Positions 1 to 13,949 of a stretch of DNA of 64,000 nt are shown here, in pieces (the first letter of the stretch is position 1; each line of letters begins with the position of its first letter). The notes below the pieces were generated by a model, which was not told where the DNA came from, ran no database searches, and worked only from the letters and a program-made list of their open reading frames with translations. The translations under genes were made by a program, and so were the position numbers. The stretch is from NCBI GenBank assembly GCA_051294375.1, contig CM119265.1, positions 778,089 to 842,088 of the forward strand. Direction: 5' to 3'. This stretch comes from Paraspadella gotoi (taxonomy: Eukaryota > Animalia > Chaetognatha).

Positions 1-213
1 CAATTACTATATGTTTATTTACTATATTTTCTAAATGGTATCAACGGACAGATGTCCTGTTCAAAAGACAGGGCTAAATGTCAGACATGACAGAAAGAGA
101 TACAGATATGATAGACAGAAAGATAGACATACTGACACCAAAAAATGAAAATCTCGTAAAAGTCGGTGAGACTTCGACTGTTTTGGGCAAAAAACTTGAA
201 CGGCGCCAGGTTT

Positions 214-284
<71 letters not shown>

Positions 285-794
285 TGATATTATTCGATTA
301 AGACTTTGATTATTCGATTTAAAAATGAGAAGAAAAGATGAACAACTCAACCTTAATGAATTTCAACACCCCGAGTTTTAAGATTATATCTTAACACACC
401 GAAACTTAACTAAATTTTTAATCACCCTGTGACTTAATAGTAAATCTTTAATCTGCACTTGACCTGAATTCTGATCACCCCGAGTTTTAAAATAATTTTT
501 CGCCACCCTGTGACTTAACGTCTAATCTCCCTACATTACAGCTTCACGTTATCCTTGCAATTTTACATACTGTTCTACTTTTTTCTTTTTATATTAATTA
601 ATTAGTCTTTTCTCTTATCATTTTTGGAATTCTTTAATTTATTGACTCTTTTTTCTACTGACTCTTTCACCGACGCAATCAGTCACTTGCATATGCGATT
701 ATCAATCAATCAATCAATGATTCTATCAATAAATCAATCATTCAATTAATCATACATTCAACCAGTCTTTCCCTCTCTCTCTCTATTCTCTCTT

Positions 795-833
<39 letters not shown>

Positions 834-1494
834 CTATCTTCCAGCTATCTCCATCCTTCCCTCCTCTCTCCTCCATCTCCTCTCTTCCACACTCTCTCTC
901 TCTTTCTCCTCTCTCTCTCTCTCCTCTCTCTCTCCCTCTCCCAATTCCTCGTCTCTCTCTCTCTCTCTCTCTCTCCCTTCACACACACAAAACGCTCTTC
1001 CACACAGAATATATCTCACTCATCCTTTTCAACTCGAATGAACTCAGACAAACTTCAATATCAATGAAATTGTTCACCAAAAAAAAAAATTGTCAAATGA
1101 AACTCAAAACTTTTTATTTTCTCGACTTCAAAATAATCAAGAGACACATTTTAACATTTTTATCGCATTTAAACTTGTCAGTATAAATAAAAGATTTTAA
1201 TTTTGTAACAAAAGAAATAATGATTTAAGTAAAATTAATCGAAGATTATAATGTTTTTTTAACGCCTGGAAATGAAAATTGATGTCGTTTTTTAGTTTTT
1301 ATTGTTTTTTTTTATTTTTTTTTTATTTTCACGGTTTCAAATTAAGTGTCATTACGACACGATCATAAATTTTAATTTTTTTCTGTCGATTTTTAGTCTA
1401 TTTTTTTGTGATTTTAAACTTCCCTAAAATGATATTCATATACAAATGAATGCCTATTACACACTGAAAAAATAAACTACTGAACAAAAAAACG

Positions 1495-2460
1495 ATGCAT
1501 TCCCGTCTTTGGCTCCTTTCTCTCTCTTCTCTTCTCCTGTTAACGAGTTGCTCCAGCAGAGAAGTGGTCACATGGGACGGTGGAAGAGTCACGTTTACTT
1601 GTCCCCGATTGAGAGAAGACTCCAGCCAGGATGACCCCAGCTCCTACAATGTACATCCCGTTGTAGCAATGAAACGAGACTTCAAAGAAACTGTCATCTT
1701 TGGTCCGAACGCCAACAGCAAGAGTCAAAGGATCGATTGCGTAAACGAGACATCAACAATCTGCAGACAAATTGCAAAAAGGATTCTTCTCTTGGAAACG
1801 AAGAAAGTTGATGGAATCGAACGCTTGACCTTTGTATTTGAAGCGGCGTTGACGGACGGCAACTCCGCGCTGCTCTGTAAAACGACTGCGGGGCTGAGGG
1901 CGCCGCTGGATTCGGGAGATGAAGTGGAATTGACAGTCGTTGCTAAGAGACAGATGCAATTGAAGGTTTGAAGTGAAAAAAAGAAGTTATAAAACTTTGA
2001 TTTTATACATACATTTGTATTGTATCGCATAATGTATTAGCAATTGAACTTTTTGTATATATTAATGTGTTTGCAGATTTTAAATTTTAAAATTAATGCG
2101 TTTTAAATTTTTTAGTAGAGATTTGGATTCGCCAGTAAAAAAAAAGCATTTGTGATAGATTCTTCTTTAATGAGTTATTAATTTGTACAAAGTAAAAATT
2201 GCAAAATCGAATAAAGTAATAATTTATTTGTATTAGTTTTTCATGAATAATTTGAATCATTCTGAATATTCATTATTTTTTACTGGTCCAGTTACTGCAA
2301 TGATAACAAAATCAATAACATTCCATTGCAGGTGGACGACGGTGCCACCAATTTGCCTGGAATCGATGCAGGACAAAAACTCAATGTGTCTTGCAGAGAG
2401 AATCTTGTTAAAGGAGATGGAACCGTTCCACTTATGATTCAAATCTCGACAGTAGAAAGT

Positions 2461-2511
<51 letters not shown>

Positions 2512-5500
2512 TCACATTACCTCATTAAATTATTTAAAATTGAAAAATTAAAATTTTAATTAAAGTTGAAAACAAGATTCTTAAAATTCAAAACTTTGAA
2601 ACTTGAAACTTTAAATATAATATAATTAAATATAAATTAAATATAACAACTAAAATTAAAATGTTGAAACTTAACACATCACAACCTTAACTTAAATCCA
2701 GAAAACCTGAAAACTGAAAATTCAACTTCGATCTTTATTTAGTTCGTCGCGGGAGGTTAATGAGATTTGATTGGTTGTAAGTTGCAATTAATGCTGTTTA
2801 AAAAGGATTTCCTGCTTTACGATTTAGCCTAGTTATGTCAATTATAAACAACTACATACAATTAAGCCATTTTCTTCTCTTATCTAACGATAGTATGAAG
2901 ATAGGGAAAAAATTTGTAAATCCAAGGCTTTCTAACAATAAAGTAATTGAACATTTTTCAGGTGATTATAATTATTATTACTTGAACATTAAGGTAGTAG
3001 AGCCAACCTACCTGATTGCGCTATATAAAAACGTAAAAAACTATTAACAAAAAAATTAAAATAAAAAAATGGAATGTGACTGAGTTAATATGTAAAAAAA
3101 TAACTTATATTATGTCCAACGAATTAATAATTAAATAAAATCATTTTTTCAGATCCTGCCTTATTTACTGATCTGCCCATTGAAAGAGTTTCTCCGAATG
3201 AAGTAAAACTCAAAGATGTTATTCTTGAAAGAACTTACCATAAACTGAGATGTCTCTCTGGTCCGCCGAAGAGGTAAGGCTGAATCAATGATATAAAAAG
3301 TTAAGAAATTAGGTTTCCATTTAGGGTTAGTGATTAGTTTCAGGTATAAGATTATATTTATCAATAACTTAGATACATATTAGGTTTACTTTTAGATACT
3401 GTATAATCTTTTTCACGAGACATATAAGATAAGACATAAGACATAAAAGATGCCCCCCGTTATATCATCTCAAATTAAGTTTGGAAATAAGTTTCAGCGC
3501 AAAAAAATTAATGGGCGAATCTACTCCATCTTTCTTTGCCTCTTTTTTGGCTGATTGGGCCGTTAATAGTTTTATTTAAGCTAATTTTTTGTTCATTAAG
3601 CATTTAACTTATCACAATTATTCTAATCAATTAATTAATTAATGAATAATTAATCTATAAATTCTACTCTATTTTTGGTGGGAAATATGTTTTTTTAGTA
3701 ATGTAATAAAGGTAGACTTTTTTGTAAGAAAATGTTAAGTTGAAAAAAGACATTATGGCCAAGTATAAATGAATTAAAAATATTAAAAGAATTAATGTTA
3801 ATAATGAATTAATTAAAATGATCATTTTCCCCTACCCCCGCCCCCTCGCCTAGACCATGGGGTCGGACCAATAGTGCCCCTCTCCAAGTCAGGTTCAAAC
3901 CCTGGGGTCTGACCATAGACAGACCCAACCCTCTAAGGGTCCTTTGGACATACGACGAAGAGCACGAGCATCTGGAGAGTTTCCATTGCGCCGCCGACGA
4001 TGGAAAACCTGAGGGAATCAAATGGGTCATTGAAGCCGAAGTTGATGGAATCGTGAAACCGGAATTGGTTCACATCGCACATGTGTATCACGTGAAAGAT
4101 ATGATGCATATCAGATTCGATGTGGTGGTGGAAAAGGATACTAAGGTATGTGTTTGGGGTGTGGGAAGAGTGTGAAGGGGAAAGTGTGGAAAGTATGTGG
4201 AAAGTGTGAGAAAAGCATGTGGAAAGTATGGGGAAAGTGTGAGAAAAGTATGTGAAAAGTGTGGGAAGGAGGTAATGAGTAGGAAAGAAAAGAATGTATG
4301 AATATATTTATGTATTATATCCAATTAGTAACCTATTTCAGAAAAATATTTTAACCTCGTGTTTTTCCAAAGTCCTTTCTAACAAAATTTTAAACTCAAT
4401 AACTAACTTTCCAAATTCATTATCAAAAATATTCTTGTCACCTAAACTTTACAAATTCGAAATTTTTAAATTTAAATGAAAGGGAATAATTAAATTCATT
4501 GTAAGTTCATTGTATTTTTTGTGTTTTTGAAATCGGAATACAAAATCGTTTCAACAGTTATAAGTTTGTTCAAATATACGTATATACTATATAATATACT
4601 ATATTTCTTTCGCGATGAATGGGTGTATAATTTTCCTTTCGCTCTAATGACCAAACAAAAGTTTTTGTGGTTAATAGGCCATTAAAATCTTGTTAAATAC
4701 AACTAACAATACAGGAAAAAAAAAGTAATAGCTAAATTTTAAAAAGGATTATTTTCGGCATTCGTCAATATATAAATTGATAAATATCTAAAATTGATAT
4801 GCGTAATTGTTTGAATTAAGTTTAATTAATTAGTAATTTTGTATCCTTATAAACACTTTTCCCCCAGATTATTTTTCTATTTTGGTTTAAATGGTTTTAA
4901 AAATTAAACTGGTATCTCAATAAAAATATATCAATGGAATAAATAAAATCAATCAAATCAAATCAATCAATCAATCAAACCATCTTCCTGTTTCATCACA
5001 AGGTCCGATGCATCGCAAAAAACGAAGTGGGAAATTCAGAATTGGAACTTTGGATTCACAAATTAAGACCGGCAAGTCGAAAGTGGGAGAGAAAGTTTTT
5101 ATCTCGTTTTTGATTGGGTTTTATTAATTCTCCCTCTTTCCCTCTCTCTCTCTCTTTCTCTCTCTCTCTCCCTCCCTCTCCCCATCTCTCCCTCTCTCCT
5201 CCTCCTTCTCTCCTCTGTCCTCCCTCTCTCCCTCTCCCTCTCCTCTCTCTTCTCTCTCCCTCTCTCTCTCCTTCTCTCCCTCCCTCTCCCTCTCTCTCCC
5301 TCTCTCTCCTCCTTCCCTCCCCTCTCTTTCCCTCTCTCTCTCTTTCCCTCCCTCTCTCCCTCTCTTTCTCCCTCTCTGTCTCTCTCTCTCTCAGTCCCTC
5401 GGCAAAGGAATCATGGCGGGAATCATCGTCGCGATTCTTTTAATTCTTCTCGGTTGTATCATCTTTATAATAGGAATTGCCTGTATCAGGGATGAGGAAG

Positions 5501-5622
5501 AGGAGGAAGAGGAAGATGTGGAGAAAGGAGGAGGAGCAGATGTTGGTGCAGATGTTGGTGCAGATGTTGCTGCAGATGTTGCTGCAGATGGAGACGAACC
5601 CGGACCGGCTTCAATGATCTGA
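1495..5622 (+). CDS. Ig-superfamily-like type I membrane receptor, paralog A (signal peptide, 4-Cys N-terminal domain, two Ig-like domains, TM, acidic tail)
   Basis: Phase-consistent exons 1495-1965, 2332-2458, 3153-3273, 3854-4145, 5003-5071 (GC donor), 5395-5622. Hydrophobic leader MHSRLWLLSLSSLLLLTSC. Ig-type motifs FHCAADDGKP..IKW and KVRCIAKNEVG. TM IMAGIIVAILLILLGCIIFIIGIACI. Clear homology to paralogs B and C (LPGxDxGQxLxxSC, DLPI...EVxLKxV, LQVRFKP, EAEVDG). Confidence 0.85.
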
Positions 5623-6088
5623 AAAAGACTGATAGACGACGACGACGACGACGACTGACATCCGACGTCACTGACATCCGTGATAGTGACATCACAGTTA
5701 GTGATATCTATTTATGTTAATTAGACTTTGAAGGTGGGTGAAGACTATTAGCACCCCCCGTCGGTGAAACGTATTGTGTGAACGGACATTAAAAGTGATT
5801 AAAGAAAGACGTTAAAGTTTCACGAGAACAACAAAAAAAGATATTGAATACTGAATCGTTTTGACAGTTTTCTCGATTAAGTTAAATTCTAGGAAAGGTA
5901 GTCTTTTTTTTTTATTAAATACTATTACTTTCAATCATAATTAGTTTAGAGACTGTATACGGAGAGGTTTTTTTTTAAGATATTATATAATAACGGAATC
6001 TGGCGAGTGAATTCTATATTCTAATCTAATAAACCTTAAATAACCATTCAGCTATTTTGATGGAGGATTAGGTTTTTTTTGTCTCTTC

Positions 6089-6139
<51 letters not shown>

Positions 6140-7407
6140 ATATTTAAGAAGGTTAAAACGGAGAAGACACCGATAAAATTAAAGTTGTTTATAGAACGGT
6201 ATTTATTTTATTTTTTCCCTAATGTAATAATTTAAACGCACTATATAATAAAAATTGTATGCTCACATTTAAAAAATAATCCCACACAAGATTTATTTAT
6301 CCTTATTTTTAATTTTGTCCCTGATCGCACAATTTTTTTGATACTCCAATTTCCAAATAGGTAGAAACTAGTGCTTTTTTACTGTATTGAAATGTATGAT
6401 TATGATTTTATAAAGTTTTAAACAAAAGGCAGTTTTAAAAGATGTCGCTGTTGAAATCGCAATATATTTTGAACAAAAGGGAAAGAAAATTTTATTTCTT
6501 TCGATTTAACAAAATTAGCGACGATAAAAGAATCGATGGTTTGTTATATTTTTTTTACATTCATAACAATTGTACAAATCAGTTGATTTTACACAATTTG
6601 TATTTCTCGTATGTTGCTTAGGGAAATATACTGTATGAACCCGCGACAGTAGGGTGTGCCTTATTGTAAAAGTATTTTTTATTTGATCTCATTTTAGAAA
6701 ATAATTATACCTAGCTAGTTACCTCTGAACAATACTGCATAAAACATGTAATGTTGTACTGCAAAATTTATGTACATACATGTAAAAAATAACGCAATTG
6801 TTAGCAATTTCGGTTGTGGATTTCGGTTTTAATTTATTCAGTCAAGTAAACAAAGCTAAAACTAAAATAATGTAAGAGTTAAGTTAAATAAAACTTGTAC
6901 CAAAAGGTTCCAAGATATGAAGAACTAATAAAATATTAAATTATCAAGATTCATCTGAGACTAAATTTACTTTCATACTTTCATTTTTTTTTCATAGCTG
7001 AAAGAGAACGGGAGCGTCGATTGGCTTAAAAGTATGTTATATCTTGTAATCTGAGATGATTACAATTAATATCTGTTTTAATTTACTTATTAAAACCTCT
7101 TGTACATTCTTCTCTTAAAAATGTGATGTCTTTATAAATGTCGTGATTATCTAATTATAAATGTAAAATTCTATATTCTAGTTATAAATTATAAATCTTG
7201 TAATAAACTTTTAATCTAAATCTAAATTATAAATTTATATGTTATTCTAAACACTTTTTATTAAATTCTTAAGTTTTATCTCAAACTGTCCAAACCCGAT
7301 TTTTTATTACAGAATACATTTTTAATATCGCAGCAAAATCCTGTTTTCTTTTGCTGAACTCGTCCTTCAAAAGTCACGTTTTTGCCAAACACAATCATTT
7401 TGGAGCA

Positions 7408-7464
<57 letters not shown>

Positions 7465-7588
7465 GATTAGAGATTGAAGAATTAATTTAGTTTTTAGGTT
7501 TATAGATAAGGTTGGTGATAAGGATTAACGGTTAGGGCATATAGTAGGGGAATATGGTTAGGGATTGGGTTAGAGTTAGGTATTAGGT

Positions 7589-8197
7589 TATCTTATCTTA
7601 TCCTATCAATGTCTTATCTTATCTTATCCAATCAACGTCTTATCTTATCCAACCAACGTCTTATCTTATCCAATCAACATCTTATCTTATCTTATCCTAT
7701 CCAATCAACGTCTTATCTTATCTTATCTTATCCAATCAATATCTTATCTTATCTTATCCTATCCAATCAACATCTTATCTTATCTTATCTTATCCTATCA
7801 ATGTCTTAACTTATCTTATCCAATCAACGTCTTATCTTATCTTATCTTACCCAATCAACGTCTTATCTAATCTTATCCTATCCAATCAACGTCTTATCTT
7901 ATCTTATCCTATCCAATCGACGTCTTATCTTATCTTATCCTATCCAATCAACATCTTATCTTATCTTATCTTATCCAATCAACGTCTTATCTTATCTTAT
8001 CTTATCCAATCAACGTCTTATCTTATCTTATCTTCTCCAATCAATGTCTTATCTTATCTTATCTTATCCAATCAACGTCCTATCTTATCTTATCCTATCC
8101 TATCAACATCTTATCTTATCTTATCCAATCAACGTCTTATCTTATCTTATCCAATCCAATCAACTTCTTATCTTATCTTATCCTATCCAATCAACGT
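7589..8197. repeat. Compound satellite (TCTTA)n interspersed with TCCAATCAACG
   Basis: Directly visible tandem array. Confidence 0.95.
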
Positions 8198-8472
8198 AAG
8201 CCAATCGTGTTTAAAGTTCAACAGATTGGAAGTCCAACTACAATCTACAAGTCAGGTGGTCGAGCTTTGCAATAATTGCAGGTTGATGTAGCAGAGTTCT
8301 GGTTTGGAGGTTGATGAGTTATAAATTTGCTCCATTTGATTATCTTCTCAACCAATTTCATCTAATCATCATCTCAACTAATCAACTCATTTAATCAACT
8401 CTGATAAATCGCTTGAAAACTTCGTCTACCAGATTCAGTTAGAGTTCAGCCGCTTTCCTTTATTTTTACAAA

Positions 8473-8529
8473 ATGAAAAGTTTTCTTTTTTTTATTTTTT
8501 TGGGAATTTTCAGCGGCATCATTTTGGGA

Positions 8530-8588
<59 letters not shown>

Positions 8589-10963
8589 TGAAAAAAAGTT
8601 GATAAAAATTTTTAAAAAATTTTTAATTAACGTTTTGCTTACTAAATGAAATATTTATAATTATATTATTTATTTTTGAATCAGAAAAACCAAAACTGGG
8701 AGAGAATTTTCGTGATGAAAAACAGGTTTGAATAAACGAACTAAACAATTTAACAAATAAATGAATGGATATCATATGAATGTACAAATGAAAGAATGCG
8801 TAAACATATGAACGAACGACTGATGGATGTACTCGACCAACCTATTGATGAAATTTGTTGAAATTTAATAAATTAGTTTTTACTTTTGAATTAAAATAAT
8901 AATGTTGCTTCCTTTTTATACTTGATGTTTTTTGGTTTAAAAATATGAATTTAGAACGTTCTGGAACGTTATATTTGATAGTTTCTTATGAATTAGTTCA
9001 TAACATTTTATTTATGAGTCCATTTAAACGTTAATGTCTGTTAGTGTTTGTTTCTGTTGAATTTTAATAGTTTAGTTTTTACTTGCTTACTGTTTTCTAG
9101 TTTTATACACTGATACTGTTTTTGATTTTGTCAATACTGTTTTTGGTATTAATAAAAAAAAAAAAAAAAAAAAAATTTTACTTTAATTAAAGTTCTAAAA
9201 GTGAGGAACGAACAACATTATACTAATGAACATTAATGTAATAAAAAAATTTATAATAAATTTTACAATTTACGCAGTAGGCCATATTTATACTAGTACT
9301 AAACCAATAAATGTTAAAATTTCAAAACAGTTTTTTCTAAGATTTTTTTGCAGATTTGGAATCGTCATAAAAAGTTTATAAAAAGAAATACAACTCTTTT
9401 TGAAAAATTCCTTCAATAAGTGGGTCAAAATTAGAAAAAGCTATATTTTAAGCTGAAAATTAACTTTTTATATATTAAATATAGTTTTTTTAATTTTTAA
9501 CCCACTTAATGAAAGAATTTTTAAAAATGATTTATATTTTCTTTTATCAGCTTTTGACGAGGAATTCAAATCTGCAATCAAAATTAAGAAAAGCCTATTT
9601 TGAAATTTTTCGATTTTATAAGGATAGTACTATATATAAATACAGCCTACTGCAAAAATTAAAAAAACATAAAATTAATTTTTTTTACAAATTAATGTTC
9701 ACTGTTGGTATGTTGTTCAAAATTGACTTTTAGAATTTTTGTATGTAACTTTCACTACGCCTTAATGAACATACAGACGGACTGACCACATTTAATAATT
9801 TTTTATAGACTTTAGAAAAAACAAAAGAACGAAAAAATGCGGCGCTGGAAAATAAAGTTGCTGAGGTAATTGGTAATTGGTAATTGTTAATTGGTAATGG
9901 TTATGGGAATGGTAATTGGTAATGTTAACAACACAATTTTTTTTAAGATTTAATTTCGTTTTTGTTTTCGTTTTCTAGAAAATGAAATTCTAAAAAAAGG
10001 CAGTTATGAGTTTTTTTAATTATTTTTCTAATTATTAAGGGGATGAGAACATCAGAGTTTTTTTAATTAATTTTTCTATTATTAAGGGGATGAGAACCAT
10101 CAGAGCTATTTTAATTGTTTTTTTAATTATTAAGGGGATGAGAACATCTGAGTTTTTTTAATTATTAAGGGGATGAGAACATCAGAGTTTTTTAATTATT
10201 TTTTTAATTATTAAGGGGATGAGAACTATCAGAGTTTTTTTCTAGAACATAATTGTACCAGTAACTGTTTTTTTTTGTTTTTAACAAAAAGGACTCAAGT
10301 TTTTGTTAGTTTGATTTCGTCTTGTGAAATCTGCAGGCAGAATACAACAACCAAAATGAATAATATTAATTTTAAAGTGTTCGGTACCTATTTTATACTA
10401 ACACTAATTTTAAGTAGCTATTTATATTTTCATACTTAAACTATTCAAATTGAAAAAAAATTATATGGCAATCGTTTGACCTTATTTTATATTCATATGC
10501 CGTCCTAGGAAAAAAGCGTCAGCAAAATAATGAAATATTTGGAAGAAGAAAACAAAAAACTGAGGATTGAAAATTTACGTCTCAAGATGGATACACGTCA
10601 AAAGGATCAGAATGGTAAGGTTCATTCTAGGGCTCACTTTTCCTAAAGGGCTCTATTTCTATTCCCTGAACCTTATTTATGCTTAATATTTAACCCGAAT
10701 CTATCATTAAACCTATTACCTAATTTCTAACCATATTTCTTAATCATTAACTCTAACCTTAATTCTTAATCCCTAATCTTTTAATCCTAATCTCAAACCA
10801 TAAAACTTTACCCCCTAACCTTAATCCCTAATCCGGATCATTCTAGTCATTCTAATCAATCTAATCCCTAAGTCAATATTTAAAACATACAATGATACAC
10901 ATTTTATATCATACAATTAATTCTACATATTGTCCCATTATTCATATACTTTATTATGTTTAC

Positions 10964-11003
<40 letters not shown>

Positions 11004-11837
11004 TCATTATTATAACTAAATGATTATATTATTGTGTCGTCATTGTATCATCAATATCTCTATTAACCATTAATAAAACTTATTTTTTCAGAAACCAAGA
11101 ATTTGGTGACAAAAAGAGAAAAGATTGAAAATCGAATTTTCTTCACTTCAACTCCGAAAATCATCGATGTTTATTGTAAAAGAATTTCGTGATATAGTGG
11201 CGGATGTTGTAAAACTAGTACCACCGACATATTATGTTTTAATATATTATATGTCACATCCTTAAATAAAAGGCTATTTTCGGCTCTTTCTGGAATTAAA
11301 ATATAGCGTCTTTGTTATTATGGAAGAGTGAAATGTCTATTAATTAAAACCAATTTTGTGTTTTGAATGTTAAGATTATCATCATTTTTTTTAATTCATT
11401 AGTATCGGCAATTGAACACACGTTTATTCCATTCCTATGGCACAACCAATACTCGGCAGGAGACACTGTTTTCAGGGATAAAAACACGTGGGCATTTTAT
11501 AAAAATGGATTTGCCAGAGGTGAAAACAAAAATTTATTTCAAAAAGTTGTTACAAATGTTCAATTGTTCATGTGATATAGAATAATATTTAAAACTATTG
11601 ATAAATCATTACATGCCAAGCTTTTGAAACCTTTAAAATTAGTATAGTTTATTTTATCCATGTTGCCAGGCGATAATTTTTGGATGGGTCTGGAGAAACT
11701 TCATCAGCTCACCAAATCCGGCCACTGGTATTTAGTGGCCAAGTTTAAATGGTGGAAAAAAGGAATAGATGCAACTCATAACTCTGAAGATGATCCAAAG
11801 AAAGGAGAGTGGGGAGTTGGCGTATGGCCCAAATTTA

Positions 11838-11932
<95 letters not shown>

Positions 11933-13051
11933 TATTTTATATATATATTATATTTCAATCCTATCACAATATCGTGTTTTGTAGTGAGTCCCAATCGTTT
12001 GGACGGCAGAATATTCCCTTAACCAGCCGTGATTTGCGGTCACGCTGGTTCAAGTGTAATGACACCGGTGATAACTTGCCCGTCACATTGGGTGGTCATT
12101 TCTGGTCCAAAGCCCGTCAGCTAGTCAGGTGCTTCATACCCTGGGTCGTGAGTATCATAGACTTCCCCTTCTTTGCCATATTTAATATTTCATAGTTTCA
12201 TAGTTGATAGTTTATCATTTCATCCGAGTCGCGGATCAGATTCCATTCTTGGTTCCGATTCCATCCACGATGTGATATTGCAAGAAAGAAAATATTATTT
12301 TTATTTAAGGTAAAGGACGAGAACGAAGCTTACCAATGGACTTTCGATCGACTTTTAATCGGACATAATTTTCACTTGAATCCCTCTTGTGATGTTTTTG
12401 GAAATGAGCGAAATATGAGGTTAGTGGAAAAGTTGGTTAAAGATGATTTCTGTCACATTTATCACTTTAACAATTATGGAACGGGCCCTGGGTTTGGAAA
12501 CAGGTTTGAGGGGTTGTTACGCCCCTCAAGGTGGTCCATAAGAGGGCTCTCGCTTTCTAAAGGGCAGACACATGGTTTTACTCAAAGAGCCAACGGGTCA
12601 TGACTGAGGGAATCCTGATTAGTTTTTGGGCGAACTTAAGCAGTGCCTGTTGCATGCCTCAGGATTGTGACCCACTCTACACTGCTTCCTGTGAAGGGAG
12701 GGGAACAATCTTTAACAAGTCTTGGGACCTGGACAGTGGACACAGCTTTGAAGATGCAAGACAGGAAAGGCAAACAAGAGCTAAGTGGGCCAAAACGAGT
12801 TTTTTAACCCATGCTACAGATTCACCACTAGAGATAATCCACATCAGATAAACGGAGGAAATTGCGCCGCTGATTTCAATTATCAAGTGGGATGGTGGTT
12901 CAACCGATGTTTTCACACTTTGATCAATTCGCCGGAGTTTGTACGAGTGCAGGAAGGAGATGGCGCTGACCCTGGATGCGTATCGGGAGATGTTACTTCA
13001 ACTCCGTCAGAAATGATGTTAGCTATTTTTCGGGAGAGGAATAATTCTTGA
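8473..13051 (+). CDS. Secreted fibrinogen-related (FReD) protein: signal peptide, coiled coil, fibrinogen C-terminal domain (ficolin/angiopoietin-like layout)
   Basis: Exons 8473-8530 (MKSFLFFIFLGIFSGIILG), 8685-8725, 9809-9865, 10509-10614 (KYLEEENKKLRIENLRLK), 11092-~11175, 11403-11519 (TWAFYKNGF), 11670-11839 (GDNFWMGLEKLHQLT), 12310-12419, 12820-13051 (FTTRDN...NCAADF..VGWWFNRC). GT-AG introns with matching phases. The 11175 donor is the least certain boundary. Confidence 0.88.
10013..10240. repeat. Intronic minisatellite, 5 copies of a ~45-bp unit
   Basis: Core AATTATTAAGGGGATGAGAAC..TCAGAG repeated five times. Confidence 0.9.
12477..12560 (+). repeat. Dispersed GC-richer repeat (second copy on the minus strand at ~39590-39670)
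   Basis: TGGAACGGGCCCTGGGTTTGGAAACAGGTTTGAGGGG..ACGCCCCTCAAGG aligns with the reverse complement of 39610-39669. Family unknown. Confidence 0.55.
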
Positions 13052-13099
13052 TATGGAAAAATGAACATGAAATTGTTTTTTTTGTTTTGAGTGAAATGA

Positions 13100-13389
13100 A
13101 AGAAATTATTCAACCATTGAACAATAAACCAAAATTTTCCTGGTAAATGTGTCTTTTTTACTGAGGAAGTTGAACTTGAAAGAAGTGGCCAACTCGGGTT
13201 GGGCCCATGGTGGCCAAACCTTCGTCGCCAGTTATGACCAGGAATCGATCTCGGAACTTTCATGTCACTCTCTTCGACGATTCTCTCCGGCGCCTCTCCT
13301 TCATCGACGACGTCTCTAAGAAGTTGGCGAAGCTGGACGTCGGACGCGAGAGTGACTCGGTGGAACCCTAATGTCGAATGGAAATATAT
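13100..13389 (-). CDS. Possible terminal exon of an unidentified minus-strand gene converging on the FReD gene
   Basis: GC-richer island with acceptor TTTTCTACAAG at 13390 and an open frame IYFHSTLGFHRVTLASDVQLRQLLRDVVDEGEAPERIVEESDMKVPRS... No recognisable motif; end coordinate approximate. Confidence 0.25.
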
Positions 13390-13949
13390 CTTGTAGAAAA
13401 ATCAACATGAAATCAAATTATGTATAATTAAAAAGTTGAATTCTAAAGAATCATTTAAAATGATACCATATTTACTTTCTTGTCATGTGATCATAATAGA
13501 GGTTAATAAAGACTTAATTTTTATCGAGCCAGGACAGGCTTCGCCTGGTCCTGGCTATGTATATGAGGTGAGATTACTGTTTCAATATTTTATTTCATTT
13601 ATTCTGACTAACATCTTCTACAATGCTCCTTTTTGAGTATTGTATATTTGGTTAAAATTTTTAAATATGTATCTTACATATGATATGATACAATTGTTAT
13701 TGCAATATCGTTTAAATTTTGTTTTTTGTAATGCTCTATTTTAATGTAGTTTTTATGATGATTGGTCCGATTTTAAATTTTTAACTGTGTACTTCTGATA
13801 TCGGGTCATATATGAATCTCATATTCGTTGAGATCTATTTTTATGTTATTATGATTCTAGCTCATGTAGACGCATAAAATAGAAGAATTTATTTGATGCC
13901 CTGTGAAGAAAATGCGACACTCTCATGTGACGCTTTCGGTACCGTATAT

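Noticed and set aside
12060-12150. Twister ribozyme (TAA...GGTCCAAAGCCC)
   Set aside because: The required 3' pseudoknot partner and P1 are missing.
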